Source: an uncultured Planctomycetia bacterium
GTDB taxonomy: Bacteria > Planctomycetota > UBA1135 > JALUZX01
NCBI GenBank assembly: GCA_964561605.1
Contig: CAZLQD010000036.1
Coordinates: 53,447 to 117,446 of the forward strand
Reading direction: 5' to 3'
Length of the DNA stretch: 64,000 nt
Of this stretch, positions 1 to 9,293 are shown one piece after another. The position numbers and the translations under genes were made by a program. The notes under the pieces were generated by a model. That model saw nothing but the letters and a program-made list of their open reading frames with translations, was not told the DNA's origin and ran no database searches. How positions within the stretch are numbered: position 1 is the stretch's first letter; the number at the start of each line of letters is the position of its first letter.

Positions 1-948
1 GAGTACCGGGTCGCCCGCCGTTACGCCCTCGTCCGGGCCCGGTTCTTCAAGGCCTTGCGTCAGGCCGGAATCGACCCGGAGAAGGATCGGGAGGCCCTGG
101 CCTCCTTTCAATGCCGCGAGGTCCCTCCCACCCCCGAGGGAGGCCCTCAGGTATGCCCCCGTCTCGTGAAAACCATGGGGGTGGCCGCCGCCGCCCGCCT
201 GCGGGAGCGCTGCCGCGAGTTCAACCAGGTCCGGAACGAGTTCATCGAGGGGTGCCTCTACATCGTCCTCCTCACCCTTTCGGGATTCCGCTTTCCCGGG
301 GTCTCCAGGGAAGACCTGGTCCAGGAGGGGAACGCCTCCCTCTTCCGTGCGGTGGACCGTTACGACTGGCGGAAAGGGGTCCGCTTCCGGACCTACGCCG
401 AGTACTGGATCCGCCAGGCATTCCTGGAGACTGTATACAATCAAAGCCGGACGGTCCGGATCCCCGCATGGGTCCAGAAGGCGACCCGCCGGATCCGAAA
501 GGCCCAGGCCCAGGTGGAGGGCCGGCTCTCCGAGGTGGAGGGTGAAGTGGTCGTGGCAGAAACCCTGGGGGTGGACCCGGCCAAGGTGGAGACCACCCTG
601 AGGGACAACAGGAAGACCGTGAGTCTCGACTGGGAGCCTCCCGGCGAAGAGGGGGGAAGCCTCAAGGAGAGGCTCGCCGCCGAGGGGGACGCCAGCCTGG
701 CCGCCGAGGAGGAGGAACGATCCGCCCTCCTTCCCAAGAGGATCCGGGAACTTTTGGACACACTCCCCAAGAGGGAGAAGCTGGTCCTTCAGCTCCGTTT
801 CGGCCTGGAAGGGAAGGAAACCATGACTCTCCACGAGGTCGGCCGGATGCTCGGGGTCAGCGCCGAGAGGGTGCGCCAGATCCAGGCCAACGCCCTCCGC
901 CGCCTCCAGGAGCCGGGAAGGCGGAAACTCCTGGCCGATTTCAGCTGA
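1..948 (+). CDS. RNA polymerase sigma factor, sigma-70 family (5' end may lie outside the window; the ORF-track start is TTG at 55)
   Basis: The frame is open from nt 1. Region 2 motif: DLVQEGNASLFRAVDRYDWRKGVRFRTYAEYWIRQAF. Region 4.2 HTH: TLHEVGRMLGVSAERVRQIQANALRRL. Confidence 0.85.
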   Translation, partial: EYRVARRYALVRARFFKALRQAGIDPEKDREALASFQCREVPPTPEGGPQVCPRLVKTMGVAAAARLRERCREFNQVRNEFIEGCLYIVLLTLSGFRFPGVSREDLVQEGNASLFRAVDRYDWRKGVRFRTYAEYWIRQAFLETVYNQSRTVRIPAWVQKATRRIRKAQAQVEGRLSEVEGEVVVAETLGVDPAKVETTLRDNRKTVSLDWEPPGEEGGSLKERLAAEGDASLAAEEEERSALLPKRIRELLDTLPKREKLVLQLRFGLEGKETMTLHEVGRMLGVSAERVRQIQANALRRLQEPGRRKLLADFS

Positions 949-1128
949 CCCCAGGCTCCCCGGGTGGAGTTTCGGATTTCTTTTTTTCCCCTCTCCATGG
1001 GCGCGGGAAAGACCGTCCCCGGGAGGGGGGGCTTCCGGATCCCGCCCGGTGTCTCGCTCTCTGTCTCGTGAGACAAGGAGCGGGGGCGGGTTTCGGCAAA
1101 AACCGCGGGGATGGGCCCGAATCGTCTC

Positions 1129-1144
1129 CGGCACGGCTCTTGCA
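1129..1144 (+). promoter_or_regulatory. Candidate sigma-54 (-24/-12) promoter
   Basis: CGGCACGGCTCTTGCA has GG at 1130-1131 and GC at 1142-1143. This is the 12-nt register of the TGGCACG-N4-TTGCW consensus, about 80 nt upstream of GTG 1224. Sequence match only. Confidence 0.4.
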
Positions 1145-1223
1145 ATGAAATGGGCCCAGGGCCTTCGGGCCGGAATGTTTCAGGCGGCAGGCGCCTTCCG
1201 GCGCCGGACCAAGGAGTGACCCA

Positions 1224-1436
1224 GTGACCAAGGCATACAATGACAACCTCCTGGGAGTTCTTCGGTTGACCCAGGAGATGCTCGCCTTGGCGGAGCAGGG
1301 CGACCGGGACAGGGACGACGACTCCTGCGGGATCGTCTACGGGGTCCTCCGGGACGCCGCCTACAGGATCCGCAAACTCGCCGAGGAAGAGTGCGAGAAG
1401 CACCGCCGGGCGGGGAAGTGGGATCTGGGAAATTGA
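1224..1436 (+). CDS. Hypothetical small protein (70 aa), first gene of the oxygen-defence operon
   Basis: GTG start preceded by AAGGAG (1211-1216). The product is charged and helical-looking ([10 protein letters not shown]..., [13 protein letters not shown]). No family recognised. Codon usage resembles the neighbours. Confidence 0.5.
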   Translation: MTKAYNDNLLGVLRLTQEMLALAEQGDRDRDDDSCGIVYGVLRDAAYRIRKLAEEECEKHRRAGKWDLGN

Positions 1437-1525
1437 TGGAAAGAATCCCCCCTCCGGGAACTTTCCCGGAAGGGGAGGATCGAAACCCAGAGGAGGTCGG
1501 AGAAGCCGATCCCAAGGAGGACGAG

Positions 1526-1900
1526 ATGACTGAGGTGCACGAGATCTACCATTGCGAGGTCTGTGGAAACATCGTGGAGGTCATCAATCGCGGAGATGGC
1601 GTCCTGGTCTGTTGCGGAAGGCCCATGACCCTTTTGTCGTCGAATACCACCGATGCGGCCGTCGAGAAGCACGTGCCCGTCGTGGAGAAGGTGGACGGCG
1701 GCTTCAAGGTCTCCGTGGGGAGCACGATCCATCCCATGGAGGAGAATCACTTCATCGTGTGGATCGAACTCGACGACGGCGACAAGGTCTGCCGGAAGCA
1801 CCTGGAACCGGGCGGGGAGCCCGTGGTCTTCTTCCAGACCGCCGCAGAGAAGGCCACGGCCCGGGCGTATTGCAACCTTCACGGCCTCTGGAAGGGTTGA
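1526..1900 (+). CDS. dfx: Desulfoferrodoxin (2Fe superoxide reductase)
   Basis: N-terminal desulforedoxin-type Cys cluster ([12 protein letters not shown]...LVCCGRPM). C-terminal neelaredoxin-type centre ([29 protein letters not shown]). ATG 1526 is preceded by AGGAGG (1515-1520). The track start at 1391 is an upstream extension. Confidence 0.9.
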   Translation: MTEVHEIYHCEVCGNIVEVINRGDGVLVCCGRPMTLLSSNTTDAAVEKHVPVVEKVDGGFKVSVGSTIHPMEENHFIVWIELDDGDKVCRKHLEPGGEPVVFFQTAAEKATARAYCNLHGLWKG

Positions 1901-1970
1901 GAGAAGGTCGAGATCCGCGGGGGGAGGCTTCGGCTTCCCCCTTCCAGGAATGAACAGGAGAGGTGTCCCT

Positions 1971-2423
1971 ATGGAGTTCCAGTCAGCCCAGGAGATCCTG
2001 GATTTCGCCATCAAGGAAGAGGAGAAGGCCGCCGCTTTCTACAGAGGGCTTGCCGAGAAGGTCACCAACCCCCACGTGAAGGAGACCCTCCTCTCCTTCG
2101 CCCGCGAAGAGGAGGCCCACAAGGCCAAGCTGGAGGACGTGAAGAGCGGGAAGACCGTCCTTCGAAGCGGGGGAAAGGTGGCGGACCTGAAGATCAGCGA
2201 CTACACGGTCGACGTGGAGCCCAGCGAGGACATGACCTATCCCCAGGCCCTGGTGGCGGCCATGAAGGCCGAGAAGGCGGCCTTCAAGCTCTACAGCGAC
2301 CTGGCTGCCGCGGCGGAGGATCCGGCCGCGCGGGACCTCTTCCTGGGATTGGCCCAGGAGGAGGCGAAACACAAGCTCCGTTTCGAGATCGAGTACGACG
2401 AGCAGGTGATGACGGACAACTGA
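1971..2423 (+). CDS. Ferritin-like diiron protein, rubrerythrin family, without a rubredoxin domain
   Basis: Two E...ExxH pairs are present (EEEKAAAFY/REEEAHKAKL and KAEKAAFKLY/QEEAKHKLRF). No CxxC pairs. ATG 1971 is preceded by AGGAGAGG. Track ORF 1653 is a 5' extension overlapping dfx. Confidence 0.8.
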   Translation: MEFQSAQEILDFAIKEEEKAAAFYRGLAEKVTNPHVKETLLSFAREEEAHKAKLEDVKSGKTVLRSGGKVADLKISDYTVDVEPSEDMTYPQALVAAMKAEKAAFKLYSDLAAAAEDPAARDLFLGLAQEEAKHKLRFEIEYDEQVMTDN

Positions 2424-2459
2424 TTCCCCCGGGGATCGGAAAGACGAAAAGGTGACGCG

Positions 2460-2960
2460 ATGCTTTCCAAGAAGATGGAGAAGGCCCTGAACGACCAGAT
2501 CAACGCCGAGATCTTCTCCACCTATCTCTACCTCTCCATGGCGGCCTGGTTCCATTCCAGGAAACTCTCGGGCTTCGGCAGGTGGATGGAGATGCAGGCC
2601 CGGGAGGAGTGGGAGCACTCCATGAAGTTCTTCCACTACGTCGACGAGCGGGGGGGCCGGGTGGTCCTGTCGGCCGTCGAAGCCCCCCAGTCCGAGTGGG
2701 AGTCCCCCCTGGAGGCCTTCAAGGCGGCCTACGAGCACGAGAAGTACATCACCGGGAGGATCCACGACCTGGTGGCCCTGGCCCGGGAGGAGAAAGATTT
2801 CGCCACGGAGAATTTCCTCCAGTGGTTCGTCACCGAGCAGGTCGAGGAGGAGTCCTCGACAGGCCGGGTGGTGGACCAGATCGAGATGGTTGCCGATTCC
2901 AGGCAGGGTCTGTTCATGCTGGACCGGGAGCTGGGCGCCCGGGGTGCCCAGGAGGCCTGA
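2460..2960 (+). CDS. ftn: Ferritin (non-haem, Ftn type)
   Basis: Ftn-like sequence throughout: NDQINAEIFSTYLYLSMAAW, QAREEWEHSMKFFHYV, FLQWFVTEQVEEE. Confidence 0.9.
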   Translation: MLSKKMEKALNDQINAEIFSTYLYLSMAAWFHSRKLSGFGRWMEMQAREEWEHSMKFFHYVDERGGRVVLSAVEAPQSEWESPLEAFKAAYEHEKYITGRIHDLVALAREEKDFATENFLQWFVTEQVEEESSTGRVVDQIEMVADSRQGLFMLDRELGARGAQEA

Positions 2961-3008
2961 GAGGTCCGGGGAAATCCTTTCCCTGTGCCGGGTTTTCCGG
3001 TAGAGAGG

Positions 3009-3040
3009 ACCGGCCTCGGGCCTTCCGGGGCCGGTTTTTT
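3009..3040 (+). terminator. Rho-independent terminator after ftn
   Basis: ACCGGCC (3009-3015) pairs with GGCCGGT (3029-3035) around a 13-nt loop. It runs into TTTTTT (3035-3040), 49 nt after the ftn stop. Confidence 0.6.
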
Positions 3041-3066
3041 CCGCCTTTCGTGCCGGAGGTGACGCC

Positions 3067-4272
3067 ATGCAGGGTCCATTCGAGGCCGTCCCCCTTTCCG
3101 AACGGGTCTACTGGGTCGGAGCCGTGGACTGGGCGCTCAGGAATTTTCACGGATACGCCACTCCGGGAGGTTCCACGTACAACGCCTTCCTCGTCCTGGG
3201 GAAGGAGAAGATCGTCCTGGTCGACACGGTGAAGAAGGCCTTCCAGGGGGAACTCCTCTCCCGGGTGGCCTCCGTCGTGGATCCCGGGAAGATCGACGTG
3301 ATCGTCTCCAACCACGCCGAGATGGACCATTCCGGCTGCCTCCCCGAAGTGGCGGCCCTGGTGAAGCCCGAGACCATCCTGGCCTCCAAGACGGGGGTCC
3401 AGGCCCTGGCGGAACACTTCGGCCCGGAGCTCGCCGTCCGTGCCGTGGAGGACGGAGAGGTCCTGGACCTGGGAGGGGTGACTCTCCGTTTCGCCGAGAC
3501 CCGCATGCTCCACTGGCCGGAGAGCATGGTCACCTGGTGCCCCGAGGAGAGGATCCTCTTCGCCCAGGACATCTTCGGAAGCCACCTGGCCACCTGCGAG
3601 CGTTTCGACGACCAGGTCGACCCCCACGTGCTGGACTGGGAGGCGGCCAAGTACTTCGCCAACATCCTCATGCCCTACTCCGTCATCGTGGCCAAGGGCG
3701 TGGAGAAGCTCCTCTCCCTGGGCGTGGAGTGGAAGATCCTGGCCACGGACCACGGTCCCTTGTGGAGGAGCAGGATCCCCGAGATCCTGGAGAATTACCG
3801 GAAATGGTCCCTCCAGAAACCCTCCCGGAAGGCGGTGATCGTCTATGACACCATGTGGGGGAGCACGGAGCTCATGGCCCGGGCCGTGGCGGAGGGAATC
3901 TCCCGGGGCGGGGCGTCCCCGAAGCTCATGCCCTTGGGGGGGAGCCACAGGTCCGACGTGGCCACGGAGGTGCTCCTGGCGGGAGCCCTCCTCGTGGGGG
4001 CGCCTACGATCAATGCAGGCATGTATCCCTCCCTGGCGGACACCCTGACCTACTTGCAGAGCCTGAAGCCCAAGAACCTGGTGGGGGCCGTCTTCGGTTC
4101 CTACGGCTGGGGGCCTGTGGGGATCAAGCAGGCCCATGCCAACCTGACCGTCATGGGAGTGGAATCCGTGGCCGAGCCCCTGGCGGTGAAATTCGTCCCC
4201 AAGGCGGAAGACCTGGAGGCCTGCCGGAAGCTGGGACTCCAGGTGGCGGAAGCGGTTCTTTCCCGACTCTAG
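3067..4272 (+). CDS. fprA: Flavodiiron protein (FprA / rubredoxin:oxygen oxidoreductase type)
   Basis: Metallo-beta-lactamase-like diiron domain with HxExDH (SNHAEMDHSG). C-terminal flavodoxin-like domain (AVIVYDTMWGSTELMARAVAEG). Confidence 0.9.
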   Translation: MQGPFEAVPLSERVYWVGAVDWALRNFHGYATPGGSTYNAFLVLGKEKIVLVDTVKKAFQGELLSRVASVVDPGKIDVIVSNHAEMDHSGCLPEVAALVKPETILASKTGVQALAEHFGPELAVRAVEDGEVLDLGGVTLRFAETRMLHWPESMVTWCPEERILFAQDIFGSHLATCERFDDQVDPHVLDWEAAKYFANILMPYSVIVAKGVEKLLSLGVEWKILATDHGPLWRSRIPEILENYRKWSLQKPSRKAVIVYDTMWGSTELMARAVAEGISRGGASPKLMPLGGSHRSDVATEVLLAGALLVGAPTINAGMYPSLADTLTYLQSLKPKNLVGAVFGSYGWGPVGIKQAHANLTVMGVESVAEPLAVKFVPKAEDLEACRKLGLQVAEAVLSRL

Positions 4273-4476
4273 GATCCCCCTGCGGAGATGGGCGGCAGCC
4301 CTCTCCGGGAAGATGGGTGCGCCCCCTATCTTCCTTCCATGGAGGGAGCTAGATCCAGGGGGGGACTTGGGGCATGATGCCTGTCTCCTGGGCCTTCGGG
4401 GGAAGAAGAGCCCTTGTCCGCCCCCTAAAATTCCCTTAAAAGGTCAAAAAACCAGGAAGCGAGACCAGGAGGTTTC

Positions 4477-5577
4477 ATGGGAGACGTGAGGAGGATCTTT
4501 CGGCCCCTGGGGGTGGTTCTCGTTCTCTTGGGGATGGTCCTGGCCATCGCCTGGTTCGCCGGGGTCTTCCGGGACAAGCTTCCCCCGGGGAGAGTCGCCT
4601 TCGCCGCGGAGAAGGCGGGGAGGGCCAAGACTCTGGTGGTGAAGACCGTCACCGTTCCGGTCTACGAGACGGCCGTGGGTTCCGTCCGGGCCCTCCACGA
4701 GACGGCCGTGGGGTCCCGCCTCCTGGCACGGGTGGTGAAGGTCCACGTGGATGCGGGGATGCGGGTCCGGAAGGGCCAGGTCCTGGTGGAACTGGACGAC
4801 CAGGACATCCGGGCCAAGGTGGCCCAGGCCGAGCAGGCCGTGAAGGCCGCCCAGGCCCAGGCCGAGCAGGCCCGCCTGGAGGTGGAGAGGAGCAAGGGCC
4901 TCCACCAGAAAAAACTCATCTCCGACAACGACTGGGACCGGATCCGCCACCAGGCCCAGGCCGCCGAGGCCGAGCTGGAGCGGGCCAAACACGCCCTCCA
5001 GGAGGCGCGGACCATGCTCTCCTACGCCAAGGTCCGGGCACCCATCTCGGGGGTCGTGGTGGACAAGCAGGTGGACGTGGGGGACATGGTCACTCCCGGG
5101 CAGGTCCTGGTGACCCTCTACGACCCCACGAGGATGCAGCTCTGGGCGGAGGTTCGGGAATCCCTGGCCATGGGGCTCCGCCCCGGGGACAAGGTGAAGG
5201 TGAAGGTGGCCGTCGTGGAGGGGCTCTGCAACGGAGTGGTCCAGGAGGTGGTCCCAGCCTCGGAAGTGGCCAGCAGGACCTTCCTGGTGAAGGTCTCCGG
5301 GCCCTGTCCCCCGGGCGTATACAAAGGGATGTACGGCAAGATCCTTCTTCCCATGGGAGAGAAGGAGGAGATCCACATCCCCCTCTCGGCCGTGGGAAGG
5401 GTGGGGCAACTCACCATGGTGAAGGTCGTGGACGGGAAGGGTTTCGTCCACAGGCGGTTCGTCCGCCTGGGGCCGGAGACGGAGGACGGGGAATCCGTGG
5501 TCGTTCTCTCCGGGCTCAGGCCTGGTGAGAAGATCCTGGAGGAATTCGGCCGCGGGGCCGTGGGAACCGGGGACTGA
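4477..5577 (+). CDS. Efflux RND transporter periplasmic adaptor (HlyD/AcrA family)
   Basis: N-terminal membrane anchor, coiled-coil hairpin (AQAEQAVKAAQAQAEQARLEVERS) and VRAPISGVVVDKQVDVGDMV-type barrel motif. RBS AGGAGG before the ATG. Directly precedes an RND permease. Confidence 0.85.
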   Translation: MGDVRRIFRPLGVVLVLLGMVLAIAWFAGVFRDKLPPGRVAFAAEKAGRAKTLVVKTVTVPVYETAVGSVRALHETAVGSRLLARVVKVHVDAGMRVRKGQVLVELDDQDIRAKVAQAEQAVKAAQAQAEQARLEVERSKGLHQKKLISDNDWDRIRHQAQAAEAELERAKHALQEARTMLSYAKVRAPISGVVVDKQVDVGDMVTPGQVLVTLYDPTRMQLWAEVRESLAMGLRPGDKVKVKVAVVEGLCNGVVQEVVPASEVASRTFLVKVSGPCPPGVYKGMYGKILLPMGEKEEIHIPLSAVGRVGQLTMVKVVDGKGFVHRRFVRLGPETEDGESVVVLSGLRPGEKILEEFGRGAVGTGD

Positions 5578-5588
5578 GGGGGGGCGCC

Positions 5589-8500
5589 ATGGACCGGGAG
5601 AAGAACACCCCCGCGGCGGAGGCCCCCAGGAAGGGCGGTTTCGTCGCCAGGATCGTCGAGATCTTCCTGAAAGGGCAGTTTTCCCCTCTCCTCATCGTCG
5701 TGGCCCTCCTGGCCGGGGCCGTGGCCGTCCTGGTGACGCCCAGGGAGGAGGAGCCCCAGATCGTGGTTCCCCTGGCGAACGTCTTCGTCCAGGTGCCCGG
5801 AGCCTCGGCCCACGAGGTGGAGCGCCTCGTGGCGACCAAGCTGGAGAAGCTCCTCTACCAGATCGACGGGGTGGAGTACGTCTACTCCATGAGCCGGCCC
5901 GGCATGGCCATCGTGACGGTCCGTTATTACGTCGGAGAGGATCGAACCGACTCCCTGGTGAAGCTCTACAACAAGATCTCCATGCACGTGGACGAGATCC
6001 CGCCCATCGTGAAGGGATGGGTGGTGAAGCCCGTGGAGATCGACGACGTCCCCATCGTGGACATCACCTTCGCCTCGGAGAAGCTCTCAGACTTCGAGTT
6101 GCGCCGGATCGCCGAGGAGGTGGAGATCCGCCTCCAGTCGGTGAAGAACACGGGCCGGACCTACATCGTCGGCGGAGCCCCCCTCCAGGTGAAAGTGAAG
6201 CTGGACATGGAGCTCCTGGCCTCACGGGGCCTCTCGGTGGCCCAGGTGGTCCAGGCCCTCCGCGGGGCGGACGTGAAGTTCCAGGCCGGGACGCTCACCG
6301 AGGGGGACCGGGTCTCCTTCCTGGAGGCCGGGTCCTTCCTGAAGACCCCCGAGGAGGTGGGGGAACTCATCGTGGGGCTCCACAAGGGAAGCCCCGTCTA
6401 CCTGAGGGACGTGGCCGACGTGGAGGAGGCCCCCGCCGACGTGGAGAACTACTGCCAGTTCGGCCTTGGACCCTCGGCGGACAGGCGTTTTCCCGTCCCC
6501 CCGGGGCTCGAAGGCGCAAGGCGGCGCAACTTCACGGCCGTCACCCTGGCCGTGGCCAAGAAGAAGGGGACCAACGCCGTCTGGGTGAGCAAGGCCATCC
6601 AGGAGCGGCTCGAGAAGATCGAGGAGACGGTCATCCCCGAGGGGGTCTACACCTGGATCACCCGCGACTACGGCGAGACGGCGGACGACAAGGTGAACGA
6701 CCTCCTGGAAGGGCTCGCCCTTGCCATCGTGATCGTCATAGCCATGATCGCCATCATCATGGGGTGGCACTCGGGCTTCGTCGTGGCCGCCGCCGTGCCC
6801 ATCACCTTCTCCCTGACCCTGCTCCTCAACTACCTCTTCGGATATACGATCAACAGGGTCACCCTCTTCGCCCTCACACTTTCCCTGGGCCTTGTGGTGG
6901 ACGATCCCATCGTGGGGGTGGAGAACATCTACCGCCACATGAAGATGGGGATCCGCAAACCCATGGATGCGGTCATGTACGCCATGGCCGAGGTCCTTCC
7001 ACCGATCATCCTCGCCACCCTGGCGGTGATCGTGAGCTTCGTGCCCCTCTTCTTCATCACGGGGATGATGGGGCCCTACATGGCGCCCATGGCCCTGAAC
7101 GTCCCCCTGGCCATGCTCATGTCCATGCTCGTGGCCTTCACGGTCACGCCCTGGCTCAGCTACCACGTGCTGAACGGGAGGATCAAGGACGTGGGAAGGC
7201 CCGAGGACAGGGACATCACCCTGAGCCGGACCTACAAGGTCTACTCCTGGTTCGTCTCGCCCTTCGTGAAGAGACCGATCTGGGCCTGGGGAATGATCTT
7301 CGTCCTCCTGGTCCTCCTGGTGCTCTCCTCTTCCCTCGCCCTCTTCAGGTACGTGCCCCTGAAGATGCTTCCCTTCGACAACAAGAACGAATTCCAGCTC
7401 ATCGTGGACATGCCCGAGGGCACCACCCTGGAGACGACCCAGGCGGTCTGCGAAGAGCTGACGGACTACCTGCGGACCGTCCCCGAGGTGACGGACTTCA
7501 CCTCCTTCGCCGGCACGGCTTCCCCCATGGATTTCAACGGGATGGTCCGGTACTACTACCTGAGGCGGGGACCCAATGTTGCGGACATCCGGGTGAACCT
7601 GATCCACAAGAAGCAGAGGGTCCAGCAGTCCCACTCCATCTGCCTCAGGATCCGGCGGGACATCGAGAAGATCCAGGAGAAGTGGTCCCGGATCCTTTCC
7701 GACAAGGGGCGGGTGAGCATCAAGATCGTCGAGGTTCCCCCCGGCCCTCCCGTGCTCTCGACGGTGACCGTCGAGGTCTACGGCGGCCCCTTCACACGCT
7801 ACGCCGATTTGATCAAGGGCGCCCGGATCGTGGAGGAGAGGCTCCGGAAGGAAAGGGGCGTCGTCGACGTGGACGTTTTCGTCGAGGAGGACCAGGAGAA
7901 GGTGGTCTTCCTTCCCGACAAGGAGAAGGCCGCCCTCTCGGGGGTCACCGACGAGGCCATCGCCGCCACCCTGGCGGCGGCCTTCGGCGGGACCGCGGCG
8001 GACGTGCTCCACAGGCCGGGCGAGGTGGAACCCATGGCCATCCAGGTCCAGCTCCCCCTGGCGGACCGGTCCCGCGAGGAGGAACTGGCCTCGATCTACG
8101 TTCCTTCCAGGCTGGGTGTGATGGTTCCCCTCCTCGAGCTCGGCCGGGTGGAACGGCGGATCGAGGACAAGACGATCTACCACAAGAACCTGAAGCGGGT
8201 GGTCTACGTTGTGGCCGAGATGGCCGGGCGGGCCCCGGCGGAGGCGATCCTGGACGTCCAGGCCGACATGAGGGACAAGGTGGAACTCCCTCCCGGGGTC
8301 ACCCTGGAATGGGCCGGCGAAGGGGAATGGAAGATTACGCTGGACGTATTCCGAGACCTGGGGATCGCCTTCGGGATCGCCCTGCTCGGGATCTACGTCA
8401 TCCTGGTGGGCCAGACCAAGTCCTACTTCATGCCCCTGGTCCTGATGATTTCCATCCCCCTCACCATCATCGGGATCATGCCCGGATTCTGGCTCCTGAA

Positions 8501-8879
8501 CCTGGTGGGGACCCATCCTGTGGGAGGATATCCGGACCCGATCTTCTTCACGGCCACGGCCATGATAGGGATGATCGGCCTGGCGGGGATCGCCGTGAGG
8601 AACGCCATCCTGCTCATCGACTTCATCCAGGAAGCCCTGGCCCGGGGCGAGACCTTCAGGGAGGCCATCCTGAAGAGCGGGGCCGTCCGGTTCCGGCCCA
8701 TCCTCCTCACGGCGGGAACGGCCATCCTGGCGGCCATTCCCATCACCCTGGATCCCATCTTCTCCGGTCTGGCCTGGGCCTTCATCTTCGGCCTCTTCGT
8801 CTCCACGGCCTTCACCCTCCTGGTGGTCCCTGTGACCTACTTCCTGGTGAAGGGCGGCTTCAAGCAGGAGAGGGCTTGA
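5589..8879 (+). CDS. Efflux RND transporter permease (AcrB/CzcA superfamily)
   Basis: 1096 aa with a 12-TM architecture. Conserved TM4/TM10-type motifs: LSLGLVVDDPIVGVENIYRHM and MIGLAGIAVRNAILLIDF. Confidence 0.92.
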   Translation: MDREKNTPAAEAPRKGGFVARIVEIFLKGQFSPLLIVVALLAGAVAVLVTPREEEPQIVVPLANVFVQVPGASAHEVERLVATKLEKLLYQIDGVEYVYSMSRPGMAIVTVRYYVGEDRTDSLVKLYNKISMHVDEIPPIVKGWVVKPVEIDDVPIVDITFASEKLSDFELRRIAEEVEIRLQSVKNTGRTYIVGGAPLQVKVKLDMELLASRGLSVAQVVQALRGADVKFQAGTLTEGDRVSFLEAGSFLKTPEEVGELIVGLHKGSPVYLRDVADVEEAPADVENYCQFGLGPSADRRFPVPPGLEGARRRNFTAVTLAVAKKKGTNAVWVSKAIQERLEKIEETVIPEGVYTWITRDYGETADDKVNDLLEGLALAIVIVIAMIAIIMGWHSGFVVAAAVPITFSLTLLLNYLFGYTINRVTLFALTLSLGLVVDDPIVGVENIYRHMKMGIRKPMDAVMYAMAEVLPPIILATLAVIVSFVPLFFITGMMGPYMAPMALNVPLAMLMSMLVAFTVTPWLSYHVLNGRIKDVGRPEDRDITLSRTYKVYSWFVSPFVKRPIWAWGMIFVLLVLLVLSSSLALFRYVPLKMLPFDNKNEFQLIVDMPEGTTLETTQAVCEELTDYLRTVPEVTDFTSFAGTASPMDFNGMVRYYYLRRGPNVADIRVNLIHKKQRVQQSHSICLRIRRDIEKIQEKWSRILSDKGRVSIKIVEVPPGPPVLSTVTVEVYGGPFTRYADLIKGARIVEERLRKERGVVDVDVFVEEDQEKVVFLPDKEKAALSGVTDEAIAATLAAAFGGTAADVLHRPGEVEPMAIQVQLPLADRSREEELASIYVPSRLGVMVPLLELGRVERRIEDKTIYHKNLKRVVYVVAEMAGRAPAEAILDVQADMRDKVELPPGVTLEWAGEGEWKITLDVFRDLGIAFGIALLGIYVILVGQTKSYFMPLVLMISIPLTIIGIMPGFWLLNLVGTHPVGGYPDPIFFTATAMIGMIGLAGIAVRNAILLIDFIQEALARGETFREAILKSGAVRFRPILLTAGTAILAAIPITLDPIFSGLAWAFIFGLFVSTAFTLLVVPVTYFLVKGGFKQERA

Positions 8880-8978
8880 CCGTCCCAGGCGGTTTCCCCC
8901 GGTGCCGGGACGGGTAAGATGGTGTCCCGGCCCGGGGGAGGGACGGCCCCAGGCCCGGCGGGAGGAAACCAGGGAACC

Positions 8979-9290
8979 ATGAGTGACGACTCTTTCGGAA
9001 ACAGGGGCGCCAGGCCCAGGGAAGAGGAGGCGGCCCGGCCCGAGACCCGGCTGGGAACGCCCTGGAACGTGGTGGTCCACGACGACCCTGTGACCCTCAT
9101 GGCCTACGTGACCCGGGTCTTCATGACCATCTTCGGCTATCCCCCTTCCAAGGCCTACAGGCTCATGATGGAGGTCCACCTGAAAGGGCGGTCCGTCGTC
9201 TGGACCGGTCCCCGGGAGAGGGCCGAGGTCTACCTGGCCAAGTTGCACGGCTACCACCTGCTGGCCACCCTGGAGAGGGCGGAGGGCTGA
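8979..9290 (+). CDS. clpS: ATP-dependent Clp protease adaptor ClpS
   Basis: ClpS core: WNVVVHDDPVTLMAYVTRVFMTIFGYPPSKAYRLMMEVHLKGRSVV. Start set at ATG 8979; ATG 8919 in the same frame is also possible. Confidence 0.85.
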   Translation: MSDDSFGNRGARPREEEAARPETRLGTPWNVVVHDDPVTLMAYVTRVFMTIFGYPPSKAYRLMMEVHLKGRSVVWTGPRERAEVYLAKLHGYHLLATLERAEG

Positions 9291-9293
9291 GCC

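Noticed and set aside
4340-4380. Sigma-54-like TTGGGGCATGATGCC upstream of the first RND adaptor gene.
   Set aside because: The GG and GC dinucleotides are not in the required 12-nt register, and the TTGC element is missing.
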